64,000 nt of DNA from an uncultured Planctomycetaceae bacterium (GTDB lineage Bacteria > Planctomycetota > Planctomycetia > Planctomycetales > Planctomycetaceae). This document shows, in pieces, positions 1-11,125 of this stretch. Location: positions 736,001 through 800,000 of the forward strand of contig CAWFAK010000017.1 in NCBI GenBank assembly GCA_963813715.1, read 5' to 3'. How positions within the stretch are numbered: position 1 is the stretch's first letter; each line of letters starts with the position of its first letter. Below the pieces are notes generated by a model, which had not been told where the DNA came from, searched no databases, and was given only the letters and a program-made list of their open reading frames with translations. A program made the position numbers and the translations under genes.

Positions 1-685
1 GATCAGTTCGCGGGCCGATCCGAGCTTCGCCCGCAGCGACCGAATGTGGACGTCGATCGTGCGCTCCAGCACGAAGCTGGCGTTGCCGATCGAAACATCG
101 AGGAGATGCGACCGCGTGAATGCCCGGCCCGGCTCGCGCAGGAAACACTCCAGCAATCGAAATTCGGTCGGCGTCAGATGCAGCTTCTTTTCGTGCAGAT
201 AAGCCCAGTGGCCATGACGATCGATCCGCACCGGACCCATTTGCAGAGACGGGCTCGTCTGATACGCCGGACGCGTCAAACGCCGGCTCCGTTGACGCGA
301 CGGGCTCTTCCCGCAACAGGTGCGGCAGCAAGCGCTCGGGCGGCAGCAACTGCTCCTGTGGCAACAACCGATCACTGTGCGGCCCGTCCACGGACGTTGT
401 GTCGACTCCGTCATTGTCGGCGCCCGGTTGGGCGATCGCCAGCTTAAAGATGGCCGCATCGGCCGCGTTCATTCCCTCACGGGGGGTGCGCGGGCCGTTT
501 GTGTCGTGCACCGCCGCGCGGCTCAGATCGAGCAGGATGAGATTCGGCGTGAGGATGTGCGCTTCACACACGCGATCGCCGCTTGGCTGCGCGGCGGTGG
601 CGTCGGTTCCATTTCTCGCAAAGAGGGAAACGAGCCTCTCAATCAGCGGCCCCTCTTCGATGAGCACGATGCGCGTGGAGCCCAC
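1..685 (-). CDS. OmpR/PhoB-type winged-helix regulator with degenerate receiver-like N-terminus (runs off window start; probable frameshift near 250)
   Basis: Manual minus-strand translation gives C-terminal LHLTPTEFRLLECFLREPGRAFTRSHLLDVSIGNASFVLERTIDVHIRSLRAKL (Trans_reg_C). An N-terminal RIVLIEEG...PNLILLDL lies in another frame; GTG at 685 is preceded by GGAAGG. Confidence 0.7.
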   Translation of the reverse strand, partial: MGSTRIVLIEEGPLIERLVSLFARNGTDATAAQPSGDRVCEAHILTPNLILLDLSRAAVHDTNGPRTPREGMNAADAAIFKLAIAQPGADNDGVDTTSVDGPHSDRLLPQEQLLPPERLLPHLLREEPVASTEPAFDASGVSDEPVSANGSGADRSSWPLGLSARKEAASDADRISIAGVFPARAGPGIHAVASPRCFDRQRQLRAGAHDRRPHSVAAGEARIGPRTD

Positions 686-1080
686 GACAACCCTTCCGAA
701 AGCGGTCGTAAGAAAACAACCATCGGCAACTGAGGGACATGGTCGCGCTCTGTTTCGTCTTCGCGACAGACGACTTGGACGAACGACTCCGTCACCCGCA
801 GACGGAGCGGCATTACACACGCGTAATTGGAGAATTCGATAAACAACGAGTGAAGATTCGATGTGCCGCGCTAAGAAATCACACGAACTGCGCCGACTGG
901 CCAGCGGAGTGCCCCTCGCCTCGCAAAATGCGCGGCAGCATATCGGCTCGCGCGGTTCATGAAGAAATTTGAGGCGAAAGCTATTACGGCCTTCATCAGG
1001 ACTTCAAAAATTCACCTAAACTCCGACTTGGTGAGATCCCCTATCGATTCCAAGCCTCTTTACTTTGCCGGAATAAAACC

Positions 1081-1405
1081 ATGAAACGCTGCGCTGTTCA
1101 TCCTCACAGTGGTCTGTGCGGGGCTGATGTTGGGTTGCGAAAAGAGCAACGATGTCACCAAGTCGCTGGAAAAAGCCCATAAATCTGACTTTCCGGTGAA
1201 GCAGGGAGTGGAACAACGCAGCACGCCGGAGTTCATCGCCGAGCACGTTGAAACTCCCAAAGAGCGTGCCAATTACCTCCACGGTCTGACCTCCGACGCG
1301 AAATTCGATCCCAAACAACACGTCGAGATGCTCAAGAAGTACGAGAACGATCCGAACGCGGACGTCGCGTCGGCTGCCAAAGAGCTGCTGGCCAAAGCCC
1401 AGTGA
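1081..1405 (+). CDS. small putative lipoprotein (frameshift in signal peptide)
   Basis: ATG AAA CGC at 1081, then hydrophobic LFILTVVCAGLMLG-C lipobox in the 1109..1405 frame; HEAT-like tail DPNADVASAAKELL. Confidence 0.6.
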
Positions 1406-2846
1406 AATCGCCGCGTGCCGACGGCCTGGTCGATGTTGATTCGATGAAGGGGGACGGCGGGAAATTCCTGCCGGACTCCCGCATCTATGCAATCGCTTTT
1501 GCGTGGTGCGCGGCGGTGACGGTTCTCGTCCACGGCCCGATGTTGTTCAAGCCGCACGCCGAAGGGGATGAGCTGGTCTATTACGTGTTGTCCCAACGGA
1601 TGGGCTGGGACCTCTCGAACTACACAACCAAGGACGATCCGCGAGTCAACGACTTGCCCTACACGATCTATCGCGGCCCGGTCTTTCACCATCCGCCGCT
1701 CTTGCCGTTGGTCCTCAAGGCAGGTTCGCAGTTCACGATGAACCCATTGCTCTCGTTGCCGGGAGTCGTCACTCCCCGAGCCAAGACCGACCCGCGGTCG
1801 TTCGTCGTACCGAGCGAATGCGTGGCCGCGGCTTTCGCGTTCGAAGTCTTCGTCTGCGTGGCCGCCCTATGGTACGTCTGGCGATTCCTCGCGCTGGTCG
1901 GTGTTGAACCTGCATTTGGAGTCGCGGCTCTCGTCGGCCTGACGGTCTGCCCGCTCGTGCTCTTTTCGACTGTGCGGATCCATCACGACGGCTTGATGGG
2001 ACTGATGCTCGTGTGCGGACTCGTGGCGTTTGCCGAAGCGATTGAGAGAGAACGCGTCCTCGGCGCGGTGGAGGCGGCGATTTGGCTGGTGGCCGCCATG
2101 AACGTGCGCTTTAACGCCGTCGTCGCCCTGCCGGTGATCCTGCTGATGCCGTTTTATCGGGCGACTGGTGGCCAGACGACGGGTTATCAAGGCGACGGGG
2201 GATCGACCTCGGAGCTTGCCAGGTCGCGGCACGGCGGCCCTTAAAAATATCGCGCGGCCGCGACCGCAGTGGCTCGTCGTCGGCATTGTGTTCCTGGCCG
2301 TTTTGACGGCCGGTCTGCAGCACTATGTCCGTTTATTCGCAGCTTACGGGACTTTGTGGCCCAGCGCGATGATTCATCCGCTGCCCGGCGTTGCCAAGTT
2401 CAGTCCCCTGCTCGCCATGGTCGAGCGGATGAATCGTGCTTGGGTGCTGTGGGAACTGGCCGCAATGTTTCCCCTCGCACTGCTGTTCGTGGCCCCCTGG
2501 AATCTTCGCGTGCTCTTTGCCGACCTGCGCGCGGCGGTGGCCAGCGATGTTTGTCACGGCGTTCGGCTTCTTGTTCGCCGTGCAGCTGGTCTTCGCCTTT
2601 AAACCCGTGCGCTACTTCGCCGCGGTGACGCCGCTGATGCACCTGTGCTGGCCTTACCTGCTGCGGATCAAAGCGCCGAACGTGTGGCTGGGCTGGAGCG
2701 CCTGGGGTTTGGCCGGTGTGACGGTGCTCTTGATGATCACCACCGGGTTTTTCAACGCGACCCTTCACGATCCCGATCAGGCGGCCGTGATCCCCTCGTT
2801 GGTCTTTTATTGGCCTCCGCTGTTGAACGGCTATCGAGCTCACTAA
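1402..2846 (+). CDS. polytopic membrane protein, GT-C/ArnT-PMT-like glycosyltransferase (split over 3 frames)
   Basis: EGDE acidic loop after first TM, FHHPPLLP motif, HHD, many TM helices, VRYFAAVTP; pieces 1402-2244, 2168-2602, 2436-2846. Confidence 0.55.
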
Positions 2847-2904
2847 TTCGCCGACGCTCGCGCTGTCGGCTCGAAGTCTGCGAAAAACTAGTCAGTTGCC
2901 CGTT

Positions 2905-4823
2905 ATGAAGCCTTCCGCCCTCCGTTCGTCGACCCCGACGCCTGTCGCCGCCGCCAGAAGCTGGCGGCCGCTGACGGAGGGCTGTCTGTTGTTTTGCCTG
3001 GTGTTCCTCGTCTACGTGCCTTCGCTCTCGTCCTCTTTCATCTGGGATGACGACGACTACGTCACTGAGAACAGGACGCTACTTTCGCTCGGCGGCCTCC
3101 GGCAAATCTGGCTCGAGCCGAGTGCGACGCCCCAGTATTACCCGCTCGTCTTCACGACGTTTTGGACTGAGCAGCACCTGTGGGGACTCAATCCGACCGG
3201 CTATCACCTGGTGAATTCCCTGCTGCACGCGGCCAACGCGGTGGGCGTGTGGTTGATCCTTCGGCGGCTTTCCATTCCGGGAGCTTGGTTGGCGGCGGCC
3301 CTCTTTGGACTGCATCCGGTGCACGTCGAGTCCGTCGCGTGGGTGACCGAGCGCAAAAACGTGCTGTCGGCCTCGTTTTATTTGTTGGCCCTTTGGCAGT
3401 TTCTCGGTTGGGTGGAGCGAGTTCCCAGCGAGGGCGAAGTGGCGACCCACGCCATTTCCGTCCGTTCGTACGCTTTAGGATGTTGTTTCTTCGTCTGCGC
3501 TCTCTTGAGTAAGTCGGTCACTTGTTCGCTGCCCGCCGCCTTAGCCTTGCTACGTTGGTGGAAGGTGGGCCGCCTCCGCTTCCGCGAATTGGTGCCGATC
3601 GTTCCGCTGTTCGCGGTCGGCGCGCTCCTGGCGTGGAACACGGCCTGGCTGGAACGGGCCCACGTCGGAGCGTCGGGGGCCGCGTTCTCTTGGACCATTG
3701 CCGAGAGGTTCTTGATTGCCGGGCGAGCGCTTTGGACTTATGCCGTCACGCTCGTCTGGCCCGCGAATCTTTGCTTCGTTTATCCCCGCTGGACCGTCGA
3801 CCCGTCGGCTTGGGGCGGATGGGCGATCGCGGTTGCCGCTGCCGGTGTGCCAATCGTGCTGGCCGCGCGTCAGCGACGAATCTCCGGTCCGTTGCTCGCC
3901 CTGCTCTTCTTTGCGGGCACGCTGCTGCCAGCGCTCGGATTCTTCAACATCTTTCCGATGCGATACGCCTTCGTGGCCGACCACTACCAGTACCTGGCGA
4001 GCTTGGGGCTGCTGACGCTCGTCGCCGCCTGGTGGTTCGGCTCTCAGGCGACCAGGTGGGATTGGCGTGCGCCGTCACCTGCGCCTTGCCATTCGACGTG
4101 CGCCGCGCGATTGCGGCCGGTGTGCTCGTTGTCCTGGCCTGTCTAACCTGGCAGCGGCAAGGCGTGTTTCACGATTCGACCGCGCTTTGGACGCAGACGC
4201 TGGCCCGCAATCCGACCAGCATGATCGCCAATATTCAGATGGGCCGGTTGGCCTCGCGCCGCAAGGATTACGCCGCGGCCGAGCAATATCTGCGCGACGG
4301 GATTCGTTATTGCACCGACGATCTCGAAACGCACGAATTCGAGACCAACCTGGCCCACGTCCTGTCGGCCGAGGGGCGCTACGACGAAGCGACCATCGAG
4401 TTCCAAAAGGCCCTCGCGCGAAAGCCGGACTATCCCGAGGCGCTCAACGGCCTGGCGAACGTGGCGGCCCGTCAGCAGAACTATGCCGCGGCGATCGAGC
4501 TTTATCGGAAATCGCTCGAAGGGCAGCCGCAAAACGCCGTCATTCGCACGAATCTGGCGAACGCCATGGTGGCGACGGGCCAATCCGCCTCCGCGGAACG
4601 CGAGTATCGGACGGCCCTCGAGGCCGACCCGCAATCGATTCCCCCCCGCTTGGGTCTGGCCCTGCTCTGGGCCCGCGCCGGCAATCTGCCGCAGGCCGAA
4701 GCGGAATGTCTGGAGATCTTGAAACTCGAACCACGACACGCCGCCGCCACGCGACTGCTCGCGCGGATCCGAGTCGATCGCCGAATCGCTCGGCCGCACG
4801 GCGTGAACTATGCCGGAAAGTGA
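2905..4823 (+). CDS. TMTC-like membrane protein with C-terminal TPRs (frameshift near 4060-4080)
   Basis: FIWDDDDYV, YYPL, YHLVNSLLH, HPVHVESVAWVTERKNVL, ADHYQY motifs; TPR repeats in the 3522..4823 frame. Confidence 0.8.
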
Positions 4824-4843
4824 AACACAGGGAGATCGGAAAA

Positions 4844-6100
4844 ATGGTGTCGATCAGAATCGTATTGGGGGCGGTGGCCGCGGTGGCTGTGCTGTCAGGA
4901 TCAGTTTGGGTAGGGCGTTACGCACCTTGGGCGGAGAAACAGCAGACCCAGCGAGAATTGACGCTGGTTCGCAAGCAGCGTGAATTCAACGAGATGGAGG
5001 ACCTGCGACTGGGGCGAACGCCGAAGGATTCCGTGGGAATCGCCACCGCTCCCGCCGTCGATCCTCGACCTCCGCTTGCCGAAACGGCGCCATTCCCCAA
5101 GGCCGCGATCCTGGAGCGCGTCTACCGCTTCGGCACGATGGAGGTTGGCGAAGAAAAGACTCACAAATTTCGCATCGAAAATCGCGGGGAAGGCCCCCTC
5201 TCAATTGGCCGCGGGCCGACGCAGTGCAAATGCACGCTCAGCCGCCTGGCGAACGGTTCGATTGCCCCCGGCGGATTTGCCGAGGTGGATGTGAGCTGGA
5301 CGCCGATCGAGTTCGAGGAGGCGTTCTCCAAGATGGCCAAGATCTACACGAGCGATCCCGAAACTCCGGAAATTGATTTCGCGGTCATCGGGCACGTCGT
5401 TCCCAAGGTTGAGGCCAGGCCCCTAACCTGGAATCTCGGCGAGATCTCCGAAAAGGAGACGAGCAAGGTTGTCGGGAAGATCGGCTCTCCGCTCAACGCG
5501 AAATTTAGCGTCGCCACGGTCGGCGTGACCGGGCCGAACGTGAAGATCACCTACAAGCCGCTCACCAAAGAGGAGCTGGCCGCGGCTCACTGGAGCGCCG
5601 GCTGCGAATTCACGGCAACGGTGGGCAAAGACCTTCCTTGGGGCCGCTTTAAGTCCAAGGCCCGCATTCGCGCTACCAACGATCCCGAACATCCCGTCGA
5701 CGTGGATATCAACGCGGTCCGCACCGGCGACCTTCACTTTCTGCCGGTGATGCCCTTGGTCGGCACGGGGATCTGGTCCTCCAACAGGACCTTGTTGAAT
5801 CTCGGCGTGTTTGGACACGAGCGAGGCAGCAAAGTCGTGATGCCGGCCCTGGTCTCGTCCATGAAGGGCAACTTCCAGCTGCTGGGGGTCGATTCGGAGG
5901 TCGGTTTTCTCAAGATTTCGGCACAACCCGACCCATCGATCGGCGACGCGGAGCGGCAGGGAGTGCGTTTCTTGATCGAAGTGCCGCCCGGCTCTCCGGC
6001 ACTTTCACGGCCGTCATTTGCGCCCGTCCATGTGACGCTCCGCACCAACCACCCGACCCTCTCGAAGATCGGTTTCGACATCGCGTTCGTGTCGGAGTGA
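4844..6100 (+). CDS. DUF1573-domain (Ig-like) membrane-anchored protein
   Basis: N-terminal TM; FGTMEVGEEKTHKFRIENRGEGPL...TQCKCT...IAPGG is the typical DUF1573 signature. Confidence 0.75.
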   Translation: MVSIRIVLGAVAAVAVLSGSVWVGRYAPWAEKQQTQRELTLVRKQREFNEMEDLRLGRTPKDSVGIATAPAVDPRPPLAETAPFPKAAILERVYRFGTMEVGEEKTHKFRIENRGEGPLSIGRGPTQCKCTLSRLANGSIAPGGFAEVDVSWTPIEFEEAFSKMAKIYTSDPETPEIDFAVIGHVVPKVEARPLTWNLGEISEKETSKVVGKIGSPLNAKFSVATVGVTGPNVKITYKPLTKEELAAAHWSAGCEFTATVGKDLPWGRFKSKARIRATNDPEHPVDVDINAVRTGDLHFLPVMPLVGTGIWSSNRTLLNLGVFGHERGSKVVMPALVSSMKGNFQLLGVDSEVGFLKISAQPDPSIGDAERQGVRFLIEVPPGSPALSRPSFAPVHVTLRTNHPTLSKIGFDIAFVSE

Positions 6101-6456
6101 AGGTCCCTGTCGATCGTTTCGAAGCGACCGGCAACGGCATGAAAGTTCGATGAAGGTCTTCCTGGAAGTTGCTCAATAAAACTTGTTTCGGGCTTCATCA
6201 CACGTTCAAGCACCCTCAGTAGGGTCGTGAGCACAATGGCGGCATTTTTGATTCTGCATTTTCCAGGACACGGAGGGCTGGTTATGTGATACGCACCTCT
6301 TCCCCGAATCCACGCAGCGCCAGGCTTTTGCCGACGAGGGCTCCGCTGCGGTCGTTCATCGTCGGGCCTTGGTGCCGCTTAGTCCGAACCCAGGCAGATT
6401 TCAGCGGCACCGCCGTTTCACACAACATCACTTGAATTGCCAGAGGAGATAAACGA

Positions 6457-7698
6457 ATGCAATCGATGAACCGTAGCAAGTCGCGGCCACGTCGCGGCTT
6501 TACCATCATCGAGCTGTTGGTTGTGATTGCCATTATTGCCGTTCTGATTTCCTTGCTGTTGCCGGCCGTTCAGGCCGCCCGCGAATCGGCCCGTCGCACG
6601 CAGTGCAAGAACAACCTGCACCAGCACGGCCTGGCCGTGTTCAACTTCGAGTCCGCCACCCGCAACCTGCCGACCTCCGGCGAGGGCGGCGATTACACGA
6701 CCGCCACCAACCCGTCATCGGGTGCGACTCCCCCCTTCACCACGTTTGCCCTGTACTCCATGCAGACGGCCATCGCGCCCTATGCCGAAGAGCAAACGCT
6801 CACCGTTCAATACAACTACACCTACGTCTACAACGACGCCCGCGCAACGCAGAACCAGACCGCCGCTCAGACGGTGATTCCCTGGATGCTCTGCCCCAGC
6901 AACTCGCTTTACGCTCCGGACCCGGATGGGTACGGCACGACCGACTACATGGTCACCAACTACACCGATATCGATCCGAACACCGGCGTGCGCAACAAGC
7001 TCACCCGTATGAACGGCGCCTTGTCGGTCGGCGGCGGCCCGATCTCGGCCATTTCCGACGGACTCAGTCACACCATCATGATGGGCGAAGACACCGGCCG
7101 TCAGTTCGAGACGCTGCAGTACGGCAGCGAATCGCTCTACAACGACCCGGTGTTCGGCTCGAGCGCCGCCTCGTCGTCGGGCATGGGCTTTTACTGGAAC
7201 GGCAAAGCCACGGTCCTGTACACCGGCGGTGTGCTGCCGACGGGCAACACGGTGACCCCCAGCGGTCACCGCGCGCTGCCTCGCTGGGCGGAGCCGGATA
7301 ACTCCAACGGCGTTTCCGGTCAGGCCAGCTCGTACTCCCTCAACTACGGCACGGGAGCGGTCTACATCGCGCCCGTGATCAACGGCGACTTCTCGCCGAA
7401 GGGCGGTCCCGGCGGTTACGGGTCGGCCGTTGGCGAGCCGTATCAGCTGGTCAATCCGTCCTCGACGGCGACCGGCAACTATACGGCGGCTGCGCCGGCC
7501 ACCAATGTTTGCGGATGGTACTGGAACAACTGCGGTCCGAACGACGAGTTCTTCAGCTTCCACCCGAGCGGGATCAACGTCCTGATGGCCGACGGTGGCG
7601 TGCACTACTTGAGCGAACAGATCGACCCGATCACCATTCGCTACCTCACCACCGCCAATGAAGCCATTCCGACCGAGGGTGGCACGTTCCTGCAGTAA
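6457..7698 (+). CDS. DUF1559 prepilin-type N-terminal cleavage/methylation protein
   Basis: [66 protein letters not shown] (H-X9-DG). Confidence 0.93.
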   Translation: MQSMNRSKSRPRRGFTIIELLVVIAIIAVLISLLLPAVQAARESARRTQCKNNLHQHGLAVFNFESATRNLPTSGEGGDYTTATNPSSGATPPFTTFALYSMQTAIAPYAEEQTLTVQYNYTYVYNDARATQNQTAAQTVIPWMLCPSNSLYAPDPDGYGTTDYMVTNYTDIDPNTGVRNKLTRMNGALSVGGGPISAISDGLSHTIMMGEDTGRQFETLQYGSESLYNDPVFGSSAASSSGMGFYWNGKATVLYTGGVLPTGNTVTPSGHRALPRWAEPDNSNGVSGQASSYSLNYGTGAVYIAPVINGDFSPKGGPGGYGSAVGEPYQLVNPSSTATGNYTAAAPATNVCGWYWNNCGPNDEFFSFHPSGINVLMADGGVHYLSEQIDPITIRYLTTANEAIPTEGGTFLQ

Positions 7699-7705
7699 GA
7701 CCTCC

Positions 7706-7918
7706 GCGAGGGTTGCCTCGCAGAGATCCGAGCCGTGTCGCCTGACATGGCGTCAAAATCAACCGGCGCCGGACGCACTTTCGGGTGCGTCCGGCAACCG
7801 GTCTTTCGCCGAGGTTCCCCCTGTCTTGTCACTGATCGGGGGGACCCTCGGTCTTCTTCATTTTTTCCCTTGGACCAATCCGCCGCAACCCATCCGCGCG
7901 ATTTGGCGGCGGGCTTTT
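7706..7918 (+). terminator. series of GC-rich hairpins between DUF1559 gene and pstS, including one followed by a U-rich tract
   Basis: GCCGGACGCAC-T-TTCG-G-GTGCGTCCGGC (7768-7795); CCGAGG..CCCC/GGGG..CCTCGG followed by TCTTCTTCATTTTTT (7809-7867). Confidence 0.55.
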
Positions 7919-7935
7919 GACGCGAGACGATTCCC

Positions 7936-8967
7936 ATGACTGCTCGATCCCGTTCCCGGTTTCAACACGGCTTTCGGTTTCAATACGGCGCGGCCCTGAG
8001 CGCACTGCTCGTGCTGACCTTGAGTGGCTGCACCATGAAGAGCACCGAACTTTCGAACCAAGCGAAGGCCGAAGCCGCCAGCGGCAATGCGGACGGCGCC
8101 ACCGATGCGTCGCTGGCCGGCAGCGTGGAAGCGGACGGTTCCAGCACGGTCTACCCCATCACGCAAGCCGTCGCCGAGGAGTTCATGAAGTCGCACCCGA
8201 AAGTCGCAATTCGGGTGAATATTTCGGGGACCGGCGGCGGCTTTAAGCGATTCAAAGAAGGCGATCTCGATATCTGCGACGCATCGCGCCCGGTCGAAGA
8301 CACTGAGCGAGCCGCGTGCATCAAGAACAAGGTCGGCTTTATCGAGCTGCCGATCGGCATTGACGGCATTACGGTCGTCGTGAATTCCAAGAACACCTGG
8401 TGCGAGGCGCTCACGGTCGCCCAGCTCAAAAAACTGTGGGAATCGGGGAGCAAGATCAAAACTTGGAACGAGCTCGATCCCTCCTTCCCGAACGAGAAAA
8501 TCATCCTCTACGGGCCCGACACCGACTCCGGAACGTTCGACTATTTCACGGAGGCGATCTGCGGCAAGAAGGGAAACAGCCGCACCGACTACACGCCCAG
8601 CTCCAACGACAATGTGCTGATTCAGGGCGTACAGGGAAATCCGGGAGGGCTCGGTTACTTCGGCTACGCGTACTACGTCTTGAACAAGGACACGCTTCGC
8701 GCCGTCAAAATCGCTTCCGGAACCGACAAAGCCGCCGCGATTGCCCCCACGGACGAAACGATCCTCTCCGGCCAGTACAAGCCACTGTCTCGTCCGTTGT
8801 TTCTCTACGTCAACAAGAAGTCGCTGTCCCGAACTGAAGTGATCGCCTTCCTGCGTTTCTACCTCGACCGGGGACCAAACCTTGTCAAAGAGGTGCACTA
8901 CATCCCCCTGCCCGAGTCGGGATACAAGGTGGCGCGTGACCGCCTGACCATTGGGATCGAAGACTAA
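7936..8967 (+). CDS. pstS: phosphate ABC transporter substrate-binding lipoprotein
   Basis: Lipobox LSGC; ADGSSTVYPI, SGTGGGFKRF, DSGTFDYF, YKPLSRPLFLYV. Confidence 0.93.
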   Translation: MTARSRSRFQHGFRFQYGAALSALLVLTLSGCTMKSTELSNQAKAEAASGNADGATDASLAGSVEADGSSTVYPITQAVAEEFMKSHPKVAIRVNISGTGGGFKRFKEGDLDICDASRPVEDTERAACIKNKVGFIELPIGIDGITVVVNSKNTWCEALTVAQLKKLWESGSKIKTWNELDPSFPNEKIILYGPDTDSGTFDYFTEAICGKKGNSRTDYTPSSNDNVLIQGVQGNPGGLGYFGYAYYVLNKDTLRAVKIASGTDKAAAIAPTDETILSGQYKPLSRPLFLYVNKKSLSRTEVIAFLRFYLDRGPNLVKEVHYIPLPESGYKVARDRLTIGIED

Positions 8968-9072
8968 CTGCCCGATTCACCTTCATCGAGAGCCGTCGTG
9001 CAGGCTCGCGCTGCGGGAATCCCGGCCGGTGCCGGGTGACGAATTCCTTCCCTCTCAAGGTGGATCAATCGC

Positions 9073-10039
9073 TTGTCCGCCAATGCCCTTCCGCCGATCG
9101 ACTTGAAACGTCGTTTCTCGGTGATGCGCGTTCGCGAGCTGACGATTCGGGCCTTGCTGCTCGGTTGCGCACCTCGTGTCGGTCCTGACGACGGCCGGCA
9201 TCATCTACGTGTTGGTCACCGAGGCCCTCATTGCCATCCCGCCCGAAAAGGCCTTTTTCCAGGAAGTCTCGCCGGTGGAGTTTTTCACCGGGACACAGTG
9301 GACTCCGCAATACCAGGACAAGCACTTCGGCATCTTGCCGCTGCTCGCCGGGACGTTCCTGGTCGCGGGAATCGCGGCGATGATCGGACTGCCGATCGGG
9401 CTGGCCGGCTCGATTTATTTGAGCGAGTACGCCTCGCGTCGCACGCGCAACCTCATCAAGCCAATCCTTGAGATTCTGGCGGGCATTCCCACCGTGGTGT
9501 TTGGCTACTTCGCGCTGGTGTTCATCACGCCGTACGTACTCCGCCCGATTTTTCAGGGATGGCTGGGCTTTGAGGTCAACATTTTCAACGCAGCCAGTGC
9601 CGGCTTCGTCGTGGCGATCATGATCATTCCCATCGTCACGTCACTCAGCGAAGAGGCCTTGCGCTCCGTGCCACAGGCGCTTCGCGAAGCGGCTTATGCG
9701 CTTGGGTCAACCAAGTATCAGGTCTCGGCCAAAGTCGTGGTGCCGGCCGCCTTGTCGGGAATTCTCGCTTCGTTCTTGCTGGCGATTTCCCGGGCCGTAG
9801 GGGAGACGATGGCGGTCGCCATTGCCGCGGGTCAAAGCCCGACGATGACGTTGAACCCGTTTCAAAGCGTGGAAACCATGACGGCTTTCATCGTGAACGT
9901 CAGCTTTGGCGATAAGCCGCAGGGCAGCCTCGAATGGAAGTCGCTGTTTGCGGTGGCGATGACCCTCTTCGTCATGACCTTGGCGATGAACGTCGTCTCG
10001 CAAATGATCATGCGGCGGTTCCGCGAGGTCTATCAATGA
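9073..10039 (+). CDS. pstC: phosphate ABC transporter permease PstC (frameshift near 9172)
   Basis: [43 protein letters not shown]. Confidence 0.92.
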
Positions 10040-11103
10040 ATGCCGCCTCGACGAATGTGCCCTCCGCAAGCGTCCCCCCCCAGAGCGTTCGCCCGACCGA
10101 ATCGACCCAGGACCTGCTGCATGTCCGCCGGCGACCGGCACTCTCCCGCTGGTTCGAGCGGGGCTTCGAGTGGACTTGTGCCGCGTCGACCTGGTTTGGG
10201 CTTGGCGTCCTGGTCGTACTATTGATCGGCGTGTTGTGGCAGGGGGCCGGCTGGCTGACCTTGTCGTTTTTAACCAATTACGACTCGCGGCACCCGGAAA
10301 ACGCCGGCGTGATCGCCGGCCTGTGGGGCAGCTTTTGGCTTGTCTCTCTGGCGACTCTGCTGACCGTTCCCATCGGCGTGGGCGCGGCAATTTTTCTCGA
10401 GGAATACCAGACGAAGGGCTGGCTGCGGACGCTGATTGAGGTCAACCTGTCGAATCTCGCCGGCGTCCCCTCGATCGTCTACGGCATTCTGGGAATGGCC
10501 GTCTTCGTCAAGATGTTCGGCGTCTTCCAACACGATCCCCAGTTGCTGGAGCTCTCGCTCGGCTTCACGTCGGTCGAGATCCCGCTGCCCTTCGGACGCA
10601 CCGTGCTATCGGGAGCCATGACGCTGGCGTTGCTGATGCTGCCGGTCGTGATTGTGGCGTCGCGCGAGGCGCTGCGAGCCATTCCGCCATCAATCCGGCA
10701 CGCCTCGTACGCGCTGGGGGCGACGCACTGGCAGACGATTCGCCACGTGGTCCTGCCGGTGGCCGTCCCCGGCATCGTCACGGGCGTGATCCTGGCCGTC
10801 GCTAGAGCGGCCGGCGAGACGGCCCCTCTGTTGATGATCGGAGCGGCAATTTTCCTCGCGCGGACACCGGGGGGGATCGAATCCCCAGCCGACGTCTTCC
10901 GCCATCCGCACGGCCTGCTCGAGGCTCCCTTCGACCACTTCACTGCGCTTCCGATTCAGATCTACAACTGGGTGTCCCGACCCGAGCCGGAATACCGGCA
11001 TGTGGCGGCGGCAGCCATACTGGTGCTGTTGGCAGTGCTGCAAGTGTTCAATGTCACGGCCAGCATCGCGCGGGCACGGTCGCGGAGCCGCGCTCGCTGG
11101 TAA
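10036..11103 (+). CDS. pstA: phosphate ABC transporter permease PstA
   Basis: [33 protein letters not shown] overlap with pstC. Confidence 0.92.
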   Translation: MNAASTNVPSASVPPQSVRPTESTQDLLHVRRRPALSRWFERGFEWTCAASTWFGLGVLVVLLIGVLWQGAGWLTLSFLTNYDSRHPENAGVIAGLWGSFWLVSLATLLTVPIGVGAAIFLEEYQTKGWLRTLIEVNLSNLAGVPSIVYGILGMAVFVKMFGVFQHDPQLLELSLGFTSVEIPLPFGRTVLSGAMTLALLMLPVVIVASREALRAIPPSIRHASYALGATHWQTIRHVVLPVAVPGIVTGVILAVARAAGETAPLLMIGAAIFLARTPGGIESPADVFRHPHGLLEAPFDHFTALPIQIYNWVSRPEPEYRHVAAAAILVLLAVLQVFNVTASIARARSRSRARW

Positions 11104-11125
11104 CTGACACGGTGCGCACTGCCCC

